Source: Chiloscyllium plagiosum (Eukaryota). Taken from it: a stretch of DNA of 39,843 nucleotides. The position numbers and the translations under genes are program-made. The stretch covers positions 7,674,776 through 7,714,618 of the forward strand of contig NC_057755.1 in assembly GCF_004010195.1 (NCBI RefSeq), read 5' to 3'. The notes beneath the pieces were generated by a model. That model saw only the letters and a list, made by a program, of their open reading frames with translations, was not told the DNA's origin and searched no databases. Shown one piece after another: positions 1-10,879 of the stretch (position 1 is its first letter; each line of letters opens with the position of its first letter).

Positions 1-197
1 TGGGGGCAATGTCGGTACACGGGGTTGGGGTAGACCAGGGAAAGGTGGGGGCTGCTGCCTCATCTCCTGGATGGGGCGCAGACTTAACATAACACCCTGA
101 GCCCCAGCGGAGAGACATTGAATCAATTAACCGAATAATCAGTTATCCGAATGAAGTAGTGCCCGCCCATCTCATTCGGATAATTGAGGTTCCTCTG
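1..197. mobile_element. End of a Tc1/mariner-pogo (Tigger-like) non-autonomous DNA transposon
   Basis: 175-197 TTCGGATAATTGAGGTTCCTCTG is the reverse complement of CAGAGGAACCTCAATTATCCGAA, a Tigger/pogo-type terminal inverted repeat. Subterminal TTA(T/A)CCGAA repeats occur at 128-151. The other end lies outside the window. Confidence 0.55.
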
Positions 198-521
198 TCT
201 ACTGTAAACTTTTTTTTTAAAAAGTCCATTGTTTTTCACATCGGATAAGATATGTACTGAACAAGAAACGTTAAGTTTCAGGGAAGTTATGCACCAGTGG
301 CTAATATAGTGCAACATATCAAACCGATATTCCCCCACCTTGGAAATCAGAAAGGAAAATGTCAACAATTGGAAAATATTCAATAGGCACCATTTGCGAA
401 GATGGAATCATTGATAACGATTCATGTCGATGACCTCTCAGCAGAGCAATGTAAAGTCTGGAGCATGTTCATCGCAAACATATATTAACCGAATCAGTTC
501 TGGTCAGGGATAAGGAACCCT

Positions 522-638
522 TCAATTATTGAATTCCTTATCTAACCAGAAGCTGGTGAGACTGATGATCCAGCCAGAGAGGACCAGTTGCAAGACATCA
601 AAGAAAGTTATTATCCAATGATAACTGGACATGCAAGT
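522..638 (-). CDS. Terminal coding exon (TM4 plus short C-tail) of MS4A/CD20-like gene
   Basis: Strong acceptor tttctgttctcttacAG (AG at 639-640). Phase-0 frame TCMSSYHWIITFFDVLQLVLSGWIISLTSFWLDKEFNN* with TGA at 522-524. The hydrophobic segment VLQLVLS aligns with the MS4A TM4 motif VLEFCIA. Confidence 0.7.
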   Translation of the reverse strand, partial: TCMSSYHWIITFFDVLQLVLSGWIISLTSFWLDKEFNN

Positions 639-784
639 CTGTAAGAGAACAGAAACATTGCCATGAATGGTCTGACTGTTGTCTAATTACCCATCCCTAA
701 TTAACCAGAGGGCAGGTAAGAATCAACCACATTACAGGGGGGAGGGCTGGAGTTATGTAAGTCAGGCCAAGTCAGAATGAATCG

Positions 785-1290
785 ATGTGGCGGTGGAAAA
801 AAAACACACGTCAGGCAGCATCTGAGGAGCAAGAGAGTCAATGTTCGGGCATAACCCTTCTTCAGGACTGGGGAGGGAGCAGGGGGCTCAGAAATAAGTA
901 GGGGTAGAGGGAGTGGGGCTCGGGGAAAAGTAGGTGGGATCGGCGAAGGTAGATGATTGTGATAGGTTGGTGGAGCGGCTAGCTGGGAGGGTAGATGGAC
1001 AGGTAGGTCAGGTCTGGAGGGTGGACCTTGGTCAGAGGCTTGGCACGAAGGGGAAATGTGCAAACTGGTGAATTCAACGTCGAAGCCATGTGGTTGTAGC
1101 CTCCCGAGGCGGAAGATGAGATGTTCCTCCATTAGTTTGTGGGTGGCCTTGAGTAGGCAGTGGAGGCCCAGACTGGACATATCATCAAGGGAGTGGAAGG
1201 GGGCGTTGAACTGGATGGCTACAGGAAGGTGAGGTTGGTTAGTGCCTACAGACCAGAGATATTCCCTGAACCTTTCCGCCCGTTCCGCAA
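785..1290 (-). mobile_element. Penelope-like retroelement 3' fragment (GIY-YIG endonuclease C-terminus plus pseudo-LTR)
   Basis: ORF 701..1303 contains HLPVAIQFN...LMEEHLIFRLGRLQPHGFDVEF, the typical end of the Penelope EN domain. It is followed by a degraded hammerhead motif CCTGAAGAAGGGTTATGCCCGAA at about 842-866. Confidence 0.8.
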
Positions 1291-1292
1291 AG

Positions 1293-1465
1293 GAAAACAG
1301 CAAATACCGCAGAAACCCAGCAGGTCTGGCAGCATCTGCAGAGAGAGAAACAGAGTTAACGTTCTGAAAAAAGGGTTATAGGACTCAACGCTATTTTCTC
1401 TCCCCACAGATGCGGTCAGACCTGCTGAGTTTCTCTGGCAGTTTTTGTTTGTTTGCTTCAGATCT
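1293..1465. mobile_element. Short inverted (palindromic) Penelope pseudo-LTR cassette, older subfamily
   Basis: Left arm CAGCAGGTCTGGCAGCATCTGCAGAGAGAG; right arm CTCTCCCCACAGATGCGGTCAGACCTGCTG, its imperfect reverse complement. Same family as 35145-35280 and 39018-39115. Confidence 0.6.
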
Positions 1466-1796
1466 CTCGTTCTTGATTTTGTTCCAGGTAAAGCCAACGG
1501 TTTCTGACATGAGTGAAGTAATTTTTGTCCTGACAATCAACAATTCTCTGAGGCTGTAGAAGCTGTTTTTGCTGGATTGCCCATTTGCAGCCATTTTTTT
1601 AGTCAGTCATAGTGCTGCTTTCTCCTTGGCTTGGCCCCTTTGCTCGGGTGGCCTTAGCTACGAGAAATTCTGCCTTTTCCACATAACTCATGAGCAATTT
1701 ACCTGTAGGTACTTGCTAATCAGGGTGTGAATATTGTGTGCTTTGATTCAAGGTCTGAGAACACTAATGTGCAGTCTTGGCAAGTCCTTAACCCAG

Positions 1797-2038
1797 TAAA
1801 AACAAGGACTGCAGGTGCTGGAAACCAGAGTCTGGATCAGAGTGGTGCTGGAGAAGCACAGCAGGTCAGGCAGCATCCGAGGAGCAGAAAAATCGACGTT
1901 TCGGGCAAAAGCCCTTCATCAGGAATACAATGGCACCCTGCATGTATTCCTGATGAAGGGCTCTTGCCCGAAACATCCATTTTCCTGCTCCTCAGATGCT
2001 GCCTGACCTGCTGTGCTTTTCCAGCACCACTCTTAACT
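1797..2038. mobile_element. Palindromic Penelope-derived cassette with hammerhead ribozyme motifs on both strands
   Basis: The arms are reverse complements around about 1935. The flanking AAGTCCT(T/C)AACCC is duplicated (about 1782-1794 and 2039-2051). Confidence 0.8.
1891..1927 (-). ncRNA. Minimal type I hammerhead ribozyme motif (Penelope-type), core intact
   Basis: Minus strand reads UAUUC-CUGAUGA-AGGGC-UUUU-GCCC-GAAA-CGUC-GAUU: CUGANGA and GAAA cores, 4-bp stem II, palindromic ACGU stem III and a GUC cleavage triplet. Confidence 0.75.
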
Positions 2039-2547
2039 AAGTCCTCAACCCTGCCCAGTGTATGTTCATATAGGCCATCTCATGACTATTTTGTGGTTCT
2101 GTGTCTGATTGAGCAATTCTTAGCTCGGACTACATAAATCCACAATGATCTGGAGTGCTTTGGAGTTGCACCAGTCCGTTCTAAGGAAAGGTGCAGTCCC
2201 CATGATACCACGCAATGAAGTTTGTCAGTTCTCAAGGTCTGAGTCTGGGGAATTTCTTCACCAATCTGGCTCAATCAGGCAGAAGTCATTAATTATGGGA
2301 TCCTGAACAAACTTAAAGTAGTTAAAAAAAACCAGCTAACCTGAGTCGACAGGCTGATCCCAAGTTAGGGAAAGACGCGGAGACAGGATGGGTCTGAAAA
2401 GAACACTGCCATAGGACAGAAGCCATTTTAAGTGGACCTTGAGGGATTAACAATGACACCAGTGTTTGTGTTGCTTGGCTTTGTGTGTTTTGTTTGGTCA
2501 TTTCATCACAGATAGTAGAAACGTGCTTTGGAACTGAGGAAGCGACG

Positions 2548-2900
2548 ATTGGGTCAACGACCACTAAATGTAAGAAAGACTGGCCGGCCCCAGGGACAAG
2601 GAAACCATGTCCCACTGAGAAGCACGGCCCATGTCCATCTGTCCCCTCGAAAAAGACGCAGAAGCGCCAGAGGTAAATAGGTTCGATGCAAAAATAAGGT
2701 AGGAGACACTCTGGTTCCCAGTCGGAAATAACTTTAAGGAAGTTCTCAGCTGGGCTATGAAGACAGAAAATAACCAAATGCTTTTTAAGGAACTAGCAGC
2801 AGGTGTTACAGTGAACACACAGAGACAGGAAGTCTGTCCAAAACAGCTAAAGGAGCGAGTGTGCGAGAAGGGCGGGCACTTTACCAAGAAATGCCTCAAT
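2548..2900 (+). pseudogene. gag: ERV gag matrix remnant
   Basis: GSTTTKCKKDWPAPG resembles a myristoylated MG start with the ATG decayed. A frameshifted WFPVGNNF resembles the gamma-type MA W/FPxxGSF motif. It lies just downstream of the LTR and leader. Confidence 0.45.
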
Positions 2901-3164
2901 AAAAAAACAATAAGAATTATGACAAACTAGGACATAGAAAAGTTGTCCTGACATGGAGGCAGGCAGGAACAAGGATTTGAACTGGCACAGAGTATCGTCA
3001 GCCAGTTGTCAATGGCAACCACAGCGAGCAAATTATAATCCAATTTACAGCAGATAAATTTAAGGAAGCTGTGAAAGGCAGCAGATCAATTTAAAGAAGT
3101 TGCCAACGGCCATCAGCCCCCAAAAAATAAATATAGCGGTCAGCCGCCCGATGAGCAGAACTTA

Positions 3165-3970
3165 TTAGCTATTCGTCATTTTTATAAACGACCTGGATGA
3201 GGGCGTAGAAGGGTGGGTTAGTAAATTTGCAGACAACACTAAGGTCGGTAGAGTTGTGAATAGTGACGAAGCATGTTGTAGGCTATAGAGAGACATAGAT
3301 AAGCTGCAGAGCTGGGCTGAGAGGTGGCAAATGGAGTTTAATGCGGACAAGTGTGAGGTGTTTTACTTTCGTCGGAGTAACTGGAATGCAAAGTACTGGG
3401 CTAATGGTAAGATTCTTGGTAATGTAGATGAGCAGAGAGATCTCGGTGTCCATGTACACAGATACTTGAAAGTTGCCACCCAGGTTGACAGGGTTGTTAA
3501 GAAGCTGAAAATGTGTTGCTGGAAAAGCGCAGCAGGTCAGGCAGCATCCAAGGAGCAGGAGAATCGACATTTCAGGCATGAGCCCTTCTTCCTGCTCCTT
3601 GGATGCTGCCTGACCTGCTGCGCTTTTCCAGCAACAAATTTTCAGCTCTGATCTCCAGCATCTGTAGTCCTCACTTTCTCCTAGGGTTGTTAAGAAGGCA
3701 TACAGTATTTTAGCTTTTATTAATAGAGGGATTGAGTTCTGGAACCATGAGGTTATGCTACAGCTGTACAAAACTCTGGTGCGGCCGCACTTGGAGTATT
3801 GTGTACAGTTCTGGTCACCGCATTATAAGAAGGATGTGGAAGCTTTGGAAAGGGTGCAGAGGAGATTTACTAGGGTTCTGTCTGGTATGGAGGGAAGGTC
3901 TTATGCGGAAAGGCTGAGGGACTTGAAGCTGTTTTCGTTAGGGAGAAGAAGGTTGAGAGGTGACTTAATC
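3165..3970 (+). mobile_element. CR1 LINE ORF2 (RT C-terminal) fragment inserted in the ERV
   Basis: FINDLDEG..SKFAD.TK, MEFNADKCEV, LYKTLVRPHLEYCVQFWSPHYKKDVEALERVQRRFTR. Confidence 0.9.
3505..3682. mobile_element. Palindromic Penelope cassette inserted in CR1
   Basis: Inverted arms with a perfect 15-bp target duplication AGGGTTGTTAAGAAG at 3490-3504 and 3683-3697. Confidence 0.85.
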
Positions 3971-4289
3971 TTGCAAACAGTTTTGAACATAACAAAGCGT
4001 TAATTAAAGAGAGGACCCAAACCAGTCAGAATAGCGAGGGGAGTGAATCAGAACAGAAAGCTTGGTGGTCGAGCCAGAAAAAGAACAAGGCACAGAAAGG
4101 GTTAATTATCCTAGCAGCTCTTTTGAAACAAAACGCCTCACAGAGGGAAAAAAGTAAGATGGTTGCAGTGGCAGCTAAAAGAGCATACTCCGAAAGGAGT
4201 TATGTTTTCATCTTAGCTATCTGCACCACGACTAGCTTCTCTGCTACTCCACTTGTTTTTCTGTTATCGACCTTTGCTCAGCCTTTTTC

Positions 4290-4620
4290 ATAGAATCCCT
4301 ATAGTGTGGAAACAGGCCCTTCAGCCCAACAAGTCCACACTGACCCTCCGAAGAGTAAATCCCCCCAGACCTATTCCTCTCTCCTATCCTTACCCCTGAC
4401 TAATGCACCTAACCTACACATCCCTGAACACTATGGGCAAGCTAGGATGGCCAGTTCATCCTAACCTGCACATCTTTGGACAGTGGGAGGAAACTGGAGT
4501 AAACCCACGCAGACACAGGGAGAAGGTGCAAACTCCACACAGACAGTTGTCCGAGGCAGGAATTGAACCCAGGTCCCTGATGCTGTGAGGCAGCAGTGCT
4601 AACCACTGAGCCATCACGCT
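4290..4620 (-). mobile_element. HE1-type V-SINE
   Basis: Minus strand has the tRNA-like head GTGGTTAGCACTGCTGCCTCACAGC, the V-domain TGTGTGGAGTTTGCAC..CTCCC.GTGTCTGCGTGGGTTT and the CR1-like tail GGGCTGAAGGGCCTGTTTCCACACT. Confidence 0.9.
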
Positions 4621-5009
4621 GTCCCATTTTCTCTGTTAAATTGTCACCGGTCAGCCAATACCTTTTCACTTTCACTTACGACGGCCGCCAATATACATGG
4701 ACACGGCCCCCCCCAAGCATACATGGAGAGCCCCACTGTATATGCCTCTGCTGTACACCGGACCCTGAAAGACCTCCACCAGTCATGTAAAAGCACCTTG
4801 GCTCAGCATGCCAATGATTTATTAGTGGTCTCCCATTCACCTCATGCCTCTACATATGACACTGTTGGATTGCTCCACTCTCTGGCTCAGGATTGACATA
4901 AGGACTCTATTGAAAAGATGCATCTCTGCCAAAAGACAGTACAGTATTTGGATACGAACTTTCACACCGTCTCAGAGCACTGTCTCAGGATCACATCTCT
5001 CCTCCCACT

Positions 5010-5497
5010 CATAGGAAGGACGTGGAAGGTTTTGGACAGGGTTCAGAGGAGGTTTACTAGGATGTTCCTGGTACCGAAGGGAAGGTCTTCTGAAGAAAAG
5101 TTGAAGAACTTGAGGCTCTTTTCATTAGAGGGAGAGGTGACTTAATTGAGACATACTAGATAATCGGAGGGTTAGCTAGGATGGACAGTGAGAGCCTTTT
5201 TCCTTGGATGGTGATGGTTAGTATGAGGGGACATAGCTTTCATTTGGGGGGGGCAGCGATAGATATAGGACAGATGTCAGAGGTAACTTCTTTACTCAGA
5301 GAGTAGAAGGGGGGTGGAATGCACTGCCTGCAACAGTAGTAGACTTGCCAGCTTTAAGGGCATTTAAATGGTCATTGGATAAACAGATGGATGAAAGTGG
5401 AATTGTGGAGGATAGATGGACTTCAATTTGGTTCCACAGATCGGCGCAACATTGAGGGCCGAAGGGCCTGTACTGTGCTGTAACAGTCTATGTTCTA
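5010..5497 (+). mobile_element. CR1 LINE 3' end
   Basis: LDRVQRRFTRM, 3' UTR GGGCCGAAGGGCCTGTACTGTGCTG and a (TTCTATG)n tail. Confidence 0.9.
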
Positions 5498-6118
5498 TGT
5501 TACAGCAATTGAACTTTTGTCCTTTTTGGGCATGGTGAATTACTGCAGACATTGGATACCAGACTATCAAGTTATTGATGTGCCTCTCCGCCAGGCATCC
5601 TCGCCAAACCTACCAGTCCCGGTGAACTGGATACCTGCAATGGCACAAGCCATGAAGAAACTTAAACAGTGCTTAACCTCAGCACCTGCTCTGGGCATCC
5701 CTGACCTTTTCAGCTTTATGCTGACGAAAAGGAGGGATATGCGTCCGGCATTCTACCACAACTGCATGGGCACCCTGTCGCCTTTTTTTAAAAAAGATTA
5801 ACAGAAGGACAGAATCAGTCGCCTCTCCTCTTTTAACACAAGAAAAGAGCAGAGTCCTTCACTTCCACACTGATCCAGCTCCCTCACGAACCAGTTCTCA
5901 GAGTGAACCATCTCGCCTTTTATTCTGTATCATTCCCACCTGTCGTAAAGGGAATGCTGACCTGTTTAGGAGCTGTGGCGGCTGCCGCTGTCATGGGAGA
6001 AAAGTCCACCCATCTTCCATTCCCCTTGTACAGTTTTCATTCCTCTTTTGGTTTCCCTGCTGCTTAATTCAGCAGCAACTCAGCATTTCACAGCGTCAAG
6101 GAGAACTGGCTGTGAGGT

Positions 6119-6417
6119 CTAGATTAGATTACTTACAGTGTGGAAACAGGCCCTTCGGCCCAACAAGTCCACACTGACCCTCCGAAGAGCAACCAATCCA
6201 GACTCATTCCCCTACATTTACCCCTTAAGCTAACACTACGGGCAATTTAGCATGGACAATTCACCTAACCTGCACATTTTTGGACTGTGGGAGGAAACCC
6301 ATGCAGACACGGGGAGAATGTGCAAACTCTACACAGACAGTTGCCTGAGGCAGGAATTGAACCAGGGTCTCAGGCGCTGTGAGGCAGCAGTGCTAACCAC
6401 TGTGCCACCGTGCCACC
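6119..6417 (-). mobile_element. HE1-type V-SINE
   Basis: Full head-to-tail match on the minus strand with a (TAATC)n tail. Confidence 0.9.
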
Positions 6418-6559
6418 CACAAGTAGGTCATCCTACTTTCTCGCAGTGACCTTACACTTCAGTGTGCCCTGGCTTGAAACGCTGTCTCCCTTCTCCCTGT
6501 TATACAGGATTCCCTGGCAGATGACCATGATTGCCTACACGGAGTCCAGGAGGTTGTCA

Positions 6560-7060
6560 CCCTGTGCCCCGACCTCTCTGAGACCCCATTAGACAACCCA
6601 GACATGGTCCTTTCTCACAGACGGCTCCTCTTTTCGGCCCTCAGATCATCAAACGCGAGCTGGCTCCATGAAATGTGCACCTTTTGAAACCCTTGAATCC
6701 GCTGCGCTGACGGAAGGGACGGCTGCGCAAGTAGCCAAACTGTTTGCCCTTACCAGAGCCTGGTGAAAGGTCTGTCAACATTTGCACAGACTCCAGATAT
6801 GCCTTTGGAGTGGCACATGATTTTGGAACCTTGTGGAAACGTAGAGGATTTATTACCTCCTCTGGAAGGCCCTTGCAGCATGCCCTGCTCATTAACGATT
6901 ACCCTTTTACAGGCTATGATGCTGCCCTCCGCCTTAGCTGCGGTAAAGTGTGCCCCCCCCATACCGCTGCTGACAGCCTCATCGCCCGAGGGAATGCTCG
7001 CATTGACCAAGCTGCTAGACAAGCAGCATTAGCTCCCACTGTATGGATTCTACAGGCTCC
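6560..7060 (+). pseudogene. pol: ERV RNase H remnant
   Basis: TDGSS at about 6617, then NICTDSRYAFGVAHDFGTLWKRRGFITSSG, VKC..H and ARGNARIDQAARQAA. Confidence 0.9.
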
Positions 7061-7149
7061 AAAGGCAGGGGAAGCAATAAGGGTTTTCGATCCAGCAGAG
7101 GGAACACAGGCTGCACAGCAACAGGCTCCACAATCGAGAAAGAGAGTTG

Positions 7150-8400
7150 GGTGCACATAGCTCTTTAGGGCTAACGGTGCATCCTGAAGGAAGGTTCATT
7201 TACCCCAAAGCCTACTTATATGTTCTTGCACTGGCTGCGCATGGGGTCAGTCATGCAGGAAAAGAAGGGATGATACATGCAGTACGACAAACTTGCTACA
7301 CACCAGGCTTTGCAGCATCAGCACAAGCACTAGTATCAAAATGTCAACAAAATAATTTTTTTTTAGATTCCCTACATTCCGGAAACAGGCCCTTCGGCCC
7401 AACAAGTCCACACCGACCCTCCGAAGAGCATTCCCATACATTTACCCCTGACTAATCCACCTAACACTACAGGCGATTTAGCACGGCCAATTCACCTGAG
7501 CTGCACATCTTTGTGACAGTGGAAGGAAACCAGAGCAAACCCACGCAGAGAACATGCAAACTCCACACAGAAAGTTGCCCGAGGACAGGAATTGAACCCG
7601 GGTCCCTGGCGCTGTGAGGCAGCAGTGCTAACCACTGAGCCACCGTGCCACCATGCGAAACTTTTCGCCATGTATGATCACCTGCCCGTCCCAGATGGAC
7701 CCTTTCATCATTTACAGACTGATTTAGGTCACGCACCAACTAAACAGGGCTTTAAGTACACGCTGGTAATTTTCTAAATGGGTAGAAGCCTTTTCCGCAA
7801 GACGATGCTAGGACTCTGGTCAAATGCCTCGTGAAGGATGGGATCCCTAGGTTTGGAATTCCAGAGAGCGTTAACAGTGCCAGAGGCACGCACTTTGCAG
7901 CAGCAGTCACAGACAATGTTACTAAAGCACTCGGCATCGTGCGGAAATATCATATTCCCGATCAGCCCCAGTCCTCAGGTATGGTGGAATGGTACTCTTA
8001 AAACCACCCTGACAAAGACCTTCCAGGATACCGGCCTGTCTTGGTCAGATGTCCCACCCCTAGCCCTTAAGAAACCAGGGCCACGGAAGCACAGGACTTA
8101 CCCCATTTGAGCTCCTGATGGGAAGACCCAGGCACACGGGAGCAAGACCTCCTAAATTTCCTGTGGATACGGCATTACTCTTAGACAGGAAGCTCTTCTG
8201 GATTATGTCAAAGCGCTCTGTAAGATGATTATCCGTAACCACGATCCGGTAAAAGAGGCCATTTGCGCACCTAATGATGACCCAATGCACCCCTTCTGAC
8301 CTGAGGACTATATCGCGATGAAATGATTGGAAAAGAATGCTGTCTCACTCCCAGGTGGAAAGGCCCGTACCTCGTCCTCCTGGTAACCCAAGGTTGAGGG
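7150..8400 (+). pseudogene. pol: ERV integrase remnant
   Basis: HGVSHAGKEGM (HHCC region), PVPDGPFHHLQTD, FKYTLVI, KWVEAF, IPRFGIPESVNS, PQSSGMVE, TGLTPFELLMGRP and PRWKGPYLVLLVT, across frameshifts. Confidence 0.9.
7363..7654 (-). mobile_element. HE1-type V-SINE inserted in integrase
   Basis: Same HE1 head, V-domain and tail on the minus strand. Confidence 0.9.
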
Positions 8401-8413
8401 AAGGCCTGAGCGG

Positions 8414-9410
8414 ATGCAGGGAACCTGCAGCAAGAGGGCACCATCCCCGGAGGGACACCAGCAGGAAACCCCAGAGGCATCAGCGCGCCCGCCAGCCACG
8501 ATATGTGGAGGCCGATCGCCATTTCAGTCTGTGCTCCCCATTGCCTTGTTCATTCTGACTGGACGTGACGGGAACAGGGAAGATGGCATAATGAACGCTG
8601 TCACAAGGGAGTTGCATGTCAACACTTTTCTTGACATGACTTACATTTACGCTCGGAAGGTTAACCACTCTAGCTGCTGGGTGTGTGCCCATACACTCTA
8701 AGGGAGGAATCCCCTTGAGACCCATTCCATGTAATGAATCCAAGACAGCTGAACGGTGTTTGGAACAAAATAGATCCTCCGATACGTCCACCTGGTGGGG
8801 GTGAGGTAGGATTCACTGGGAGTCTCAGGTCTCTTTTATGCGAGGCCCTGACGGGACCAATTATTCCGCTGACGACAAGTTCTGCAGGTTACAAGATGGA
8901 TAAGTATAAGGGCTGGTTCCAGCTCATTACACTCCTGCTCTGTTCCTTACTAATACCACAGGAAAGGGTATACCCATGGGAACCATCTGCTTCAAAAGCA
9001 GCTACACGTCAGGGTGGAAAATGTGAGAACCAGTAAATGTATCCATTCCCTGCTCCTTACCCTGTCTGCGCATTGAGCCACTTGTGCTAGGGGGTATCTT
9101 GAACCTTGAAGTTCCCAACAAGACTACTATAAGGGCCAAGTTCACAAATCTTTGGACTGGAACTCAGACCAATTTCCGGCCACAAAGCCTACCCCTGACG
9201 GCCACTTTCCTGGACTGGTAGTTGCTATCTAGGGTTTGTGATTCCCCCTTTACTTACCACTCGCACTCCTCCCCATTTCAAATGGCCTTGGCCTCACGCT
9301 AAGACAGCTATAACTGACACTGAGCAGTTCTTTGCCCTTCCCTTCCCCTCTTATGCAACTGCTCAACTGGCAACAGAGGTCAGGAAATTGGCAAGGGGAT
9401 TTGCAGTAAG
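8414..9410 (+). pseudogene. env: ERV env remnant (SU plus start of TM)
   Basis: Signal-like VLPIALFILTG, then NTFLDMTYIYARKVNHSSCWVC (gamma-type CWxC). HAKT/AITDTEQFFALPFPSYATAQLATEVRKLA reads as a decayed RxKR furin site plus fusion-peptide-like segment. The rest of TM is missing. Confidence 0.75.
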
Positions 9411-9426
9411 GTTAAAATCAACTAAG

Positions 9427-9595
9427 GTGAAAGTGAGGATTGCAGATGCTGGAAATCATAGCCTCGATTAGAGTGGTGCTGGAAAAGCACAGCAGTTCAG
9501 GAATCCTGATGAAGGGTTTTTGCCCGAAATGTCAATTTTCCTGCTCCTTGGATGCTACCTGACCCGCTGTGCTTTTCCAGCACCACTCTAATCCC
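9427..9595. mobile_element. Palindromic Penelope hammerhead cassette at the 3' LTR junction
   Basis: Inverted arms. Plus strand has CCTGATGAAGGGTTTTTGCCCGAAATGTC at about 9505-9533. Confidence 0.8.
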
Positions 9596-9816
9596 AAGTC
9601 CTCAACTCTGCCCGGTGTATGTTCACATCGGCCATCTAATGACTATTTTGTGGTTCTGTGTCTGATGGAGCAACTCTCTGCTCAGACTATATAAACCCAT
9701 GGTGATCTGGAGTGCTTTGGAGTTGCATCGGTCTATTCAAAGGAAAGGTGTGCTCCCCTGATATCACGCAACAAAGTTTGTCAATGCTCAAGCTCTGAGT
9801 CCGGGGAATTTCTTCA
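9596..9816 (+). repeat. ERV 3' LTR (5'-truncated)
   Basis: Direct repeat of 2039-2260 with TATATAAA at about 9688 and a ...TTCA end. Confidence 0.85.
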
Positions 9817-10269
9817 AGGTAGGCCCTTCCCCATTTGACTATTCCAGGTTTTTGTTCAATTCAAATTCAACCATGGCAGGTTGGAACGCAGGTCCCCATA
9901 ACTTTACCTTGGTTTGTGGATTCAGAATAATATCATTAGGCCATCACCCACCCAGTGAGGGAGGAGTTTAGTTTTGTTGACAGTGCTCACTGTATGGTAT
10001 TTGCTTGTCAATCACCTGTACATCGCTTCCAATTTTAATTTCAATTCTTATGTTTAAATGGAATTCAGATTGTTACATCAGGTGGAGGTTTCTTTCTCGA
10101 CACTGGGTATCACTCTTCCACAGTTGTGACCCTATTCATCAACTTGCCGATTCATATTGGGATTGGCTACCTCAGGGTTACTGCACAGAGAAACAGCTCA
10201 GAATCTGATCACCCCCGACACTGGGAAGATGAATCGCAGACTGGGAACCCATTGTGTTCACCAAACGAA

Positions 10270-10591
10270 CACGATGGCATGGTGGCATAGTGGTTAGCAT
10301 TGCTGCCTCACAGCGCCAGAGACCCCGGGTTCAATTCCCGCCTCAGGCGACTGACTGTGTGGAGTTTGCACATTCTCCCCGTGTCTGCGTGGGTTTCCTC
10401 CGGGTGCTCCAGTTTCCTCCCACAGTCCAAAAATGTGCAGGTTAGGTGAATTGGCCATGCTAAATTGCCCATAGTGTTAGGTGAAGGGATAAATGCAGGG
10501 GAATGGGTCTGGGTGGGTTGCGCTTTGGCATGTCGGTATAGACTTGTTGGGCCGAAGGGCCTGTTTCCACACTGTAAGTAATCTAATCTAA
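10270..10591 (+). mobile_element. HE1-type V-SINE
   Basis: GGTGGCATAGTGGTTAGCATTGCTGCCTCACAGC ... GTAATCTAATCT tail. Confidence 0.9.
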
Positions 10592-10594
10592 AAA

Positions 10595-10870
10595 ATGATG
10601 CTGCACTCCCAGTTGCCTTTAACTCACCGACCTGTTCCCTGGCCAATATTTCTATCTTAGGCTTGCTGCAGTGCTCCAGTTAAGCTCATTTCTCACCTGG
10701 GGACACTGCAGCCTTCAGGACTCAATATGGAGTTAAATAATTTTAGGGCCTGAGCATCTCCCTCTAAATCCTTTACTAACTCCCACACCCCAGCTCCTGT
10801 CATACTGCTTTTAATTAGTCAACCCATTGCCACTCAGTCATAGTCTCCATAGTCTCCCCTGTCCGCCCCC
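10595..10870 (+). mobile_element. Old Penelope EN 3' fragment
   Basis: CTCATTTCTCACCTGGGGACACTGCAGCCTTCAGGACTCAATATGGAGTT encodes a decayed HLIFRLGTLQPSGLNIEF-type motif. Confidence 0.6.
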
Positions 10871-10879
10871 AAGCCAACG

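Larger units (their letters stand above)
1726..2260 (+). repeat. ERV 5' LTR (interrupted by a Penelope hammerhead cassette at about 1797-2038)
   Basis: 2039-2260 aligns with 9596-9816 with about 31 differences in 222 nt (hand count). TATA-like TACATAAA at about 2131, decayed polyA signal AATGAA at about 2214, CA end. A TGG-starting possible PBS at 2267 only loosely resembles tRNA-Ser. Confidence 0.8.
4230..6120 (+). pseudogene. pol: ERV reverse transcriptase and connection domain remnant (interrupted)
   Basis: FSVIDLCSAF | FSVKLSPVSQYLFTFTYDGRQYTWTRPPQ..ESP. QHANDLL at about 4804-4824 is a decayed QYVDDLL. Then KMHLCQKTVQYLG, LLSFLGMVNYCRHWIPDY, LKQCLTSAPALGIPD and PVAFYS. Confidence 0.9.
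1726..9816 (+). mobile_element. Decayed endogenous retrovirus (class I, gamma/epsilon-like) with LTR-gag-pol-env-LTR order
   Basis: Direct repeats 2039-2260 and 9596-9816 both end in TTTCTTCA. Between them lie RT, RNase H, integrase and env motifs in retroviral order. Multiple stops, frameshifts and nested insertions. The 5' boundary is uncertain. Confidence 0.9.

Noticed and set aside
10270..10345. tRNA-like A/B box sequences
   Set aside because: These are heads of HE1 SINEs, not tRNA genes.
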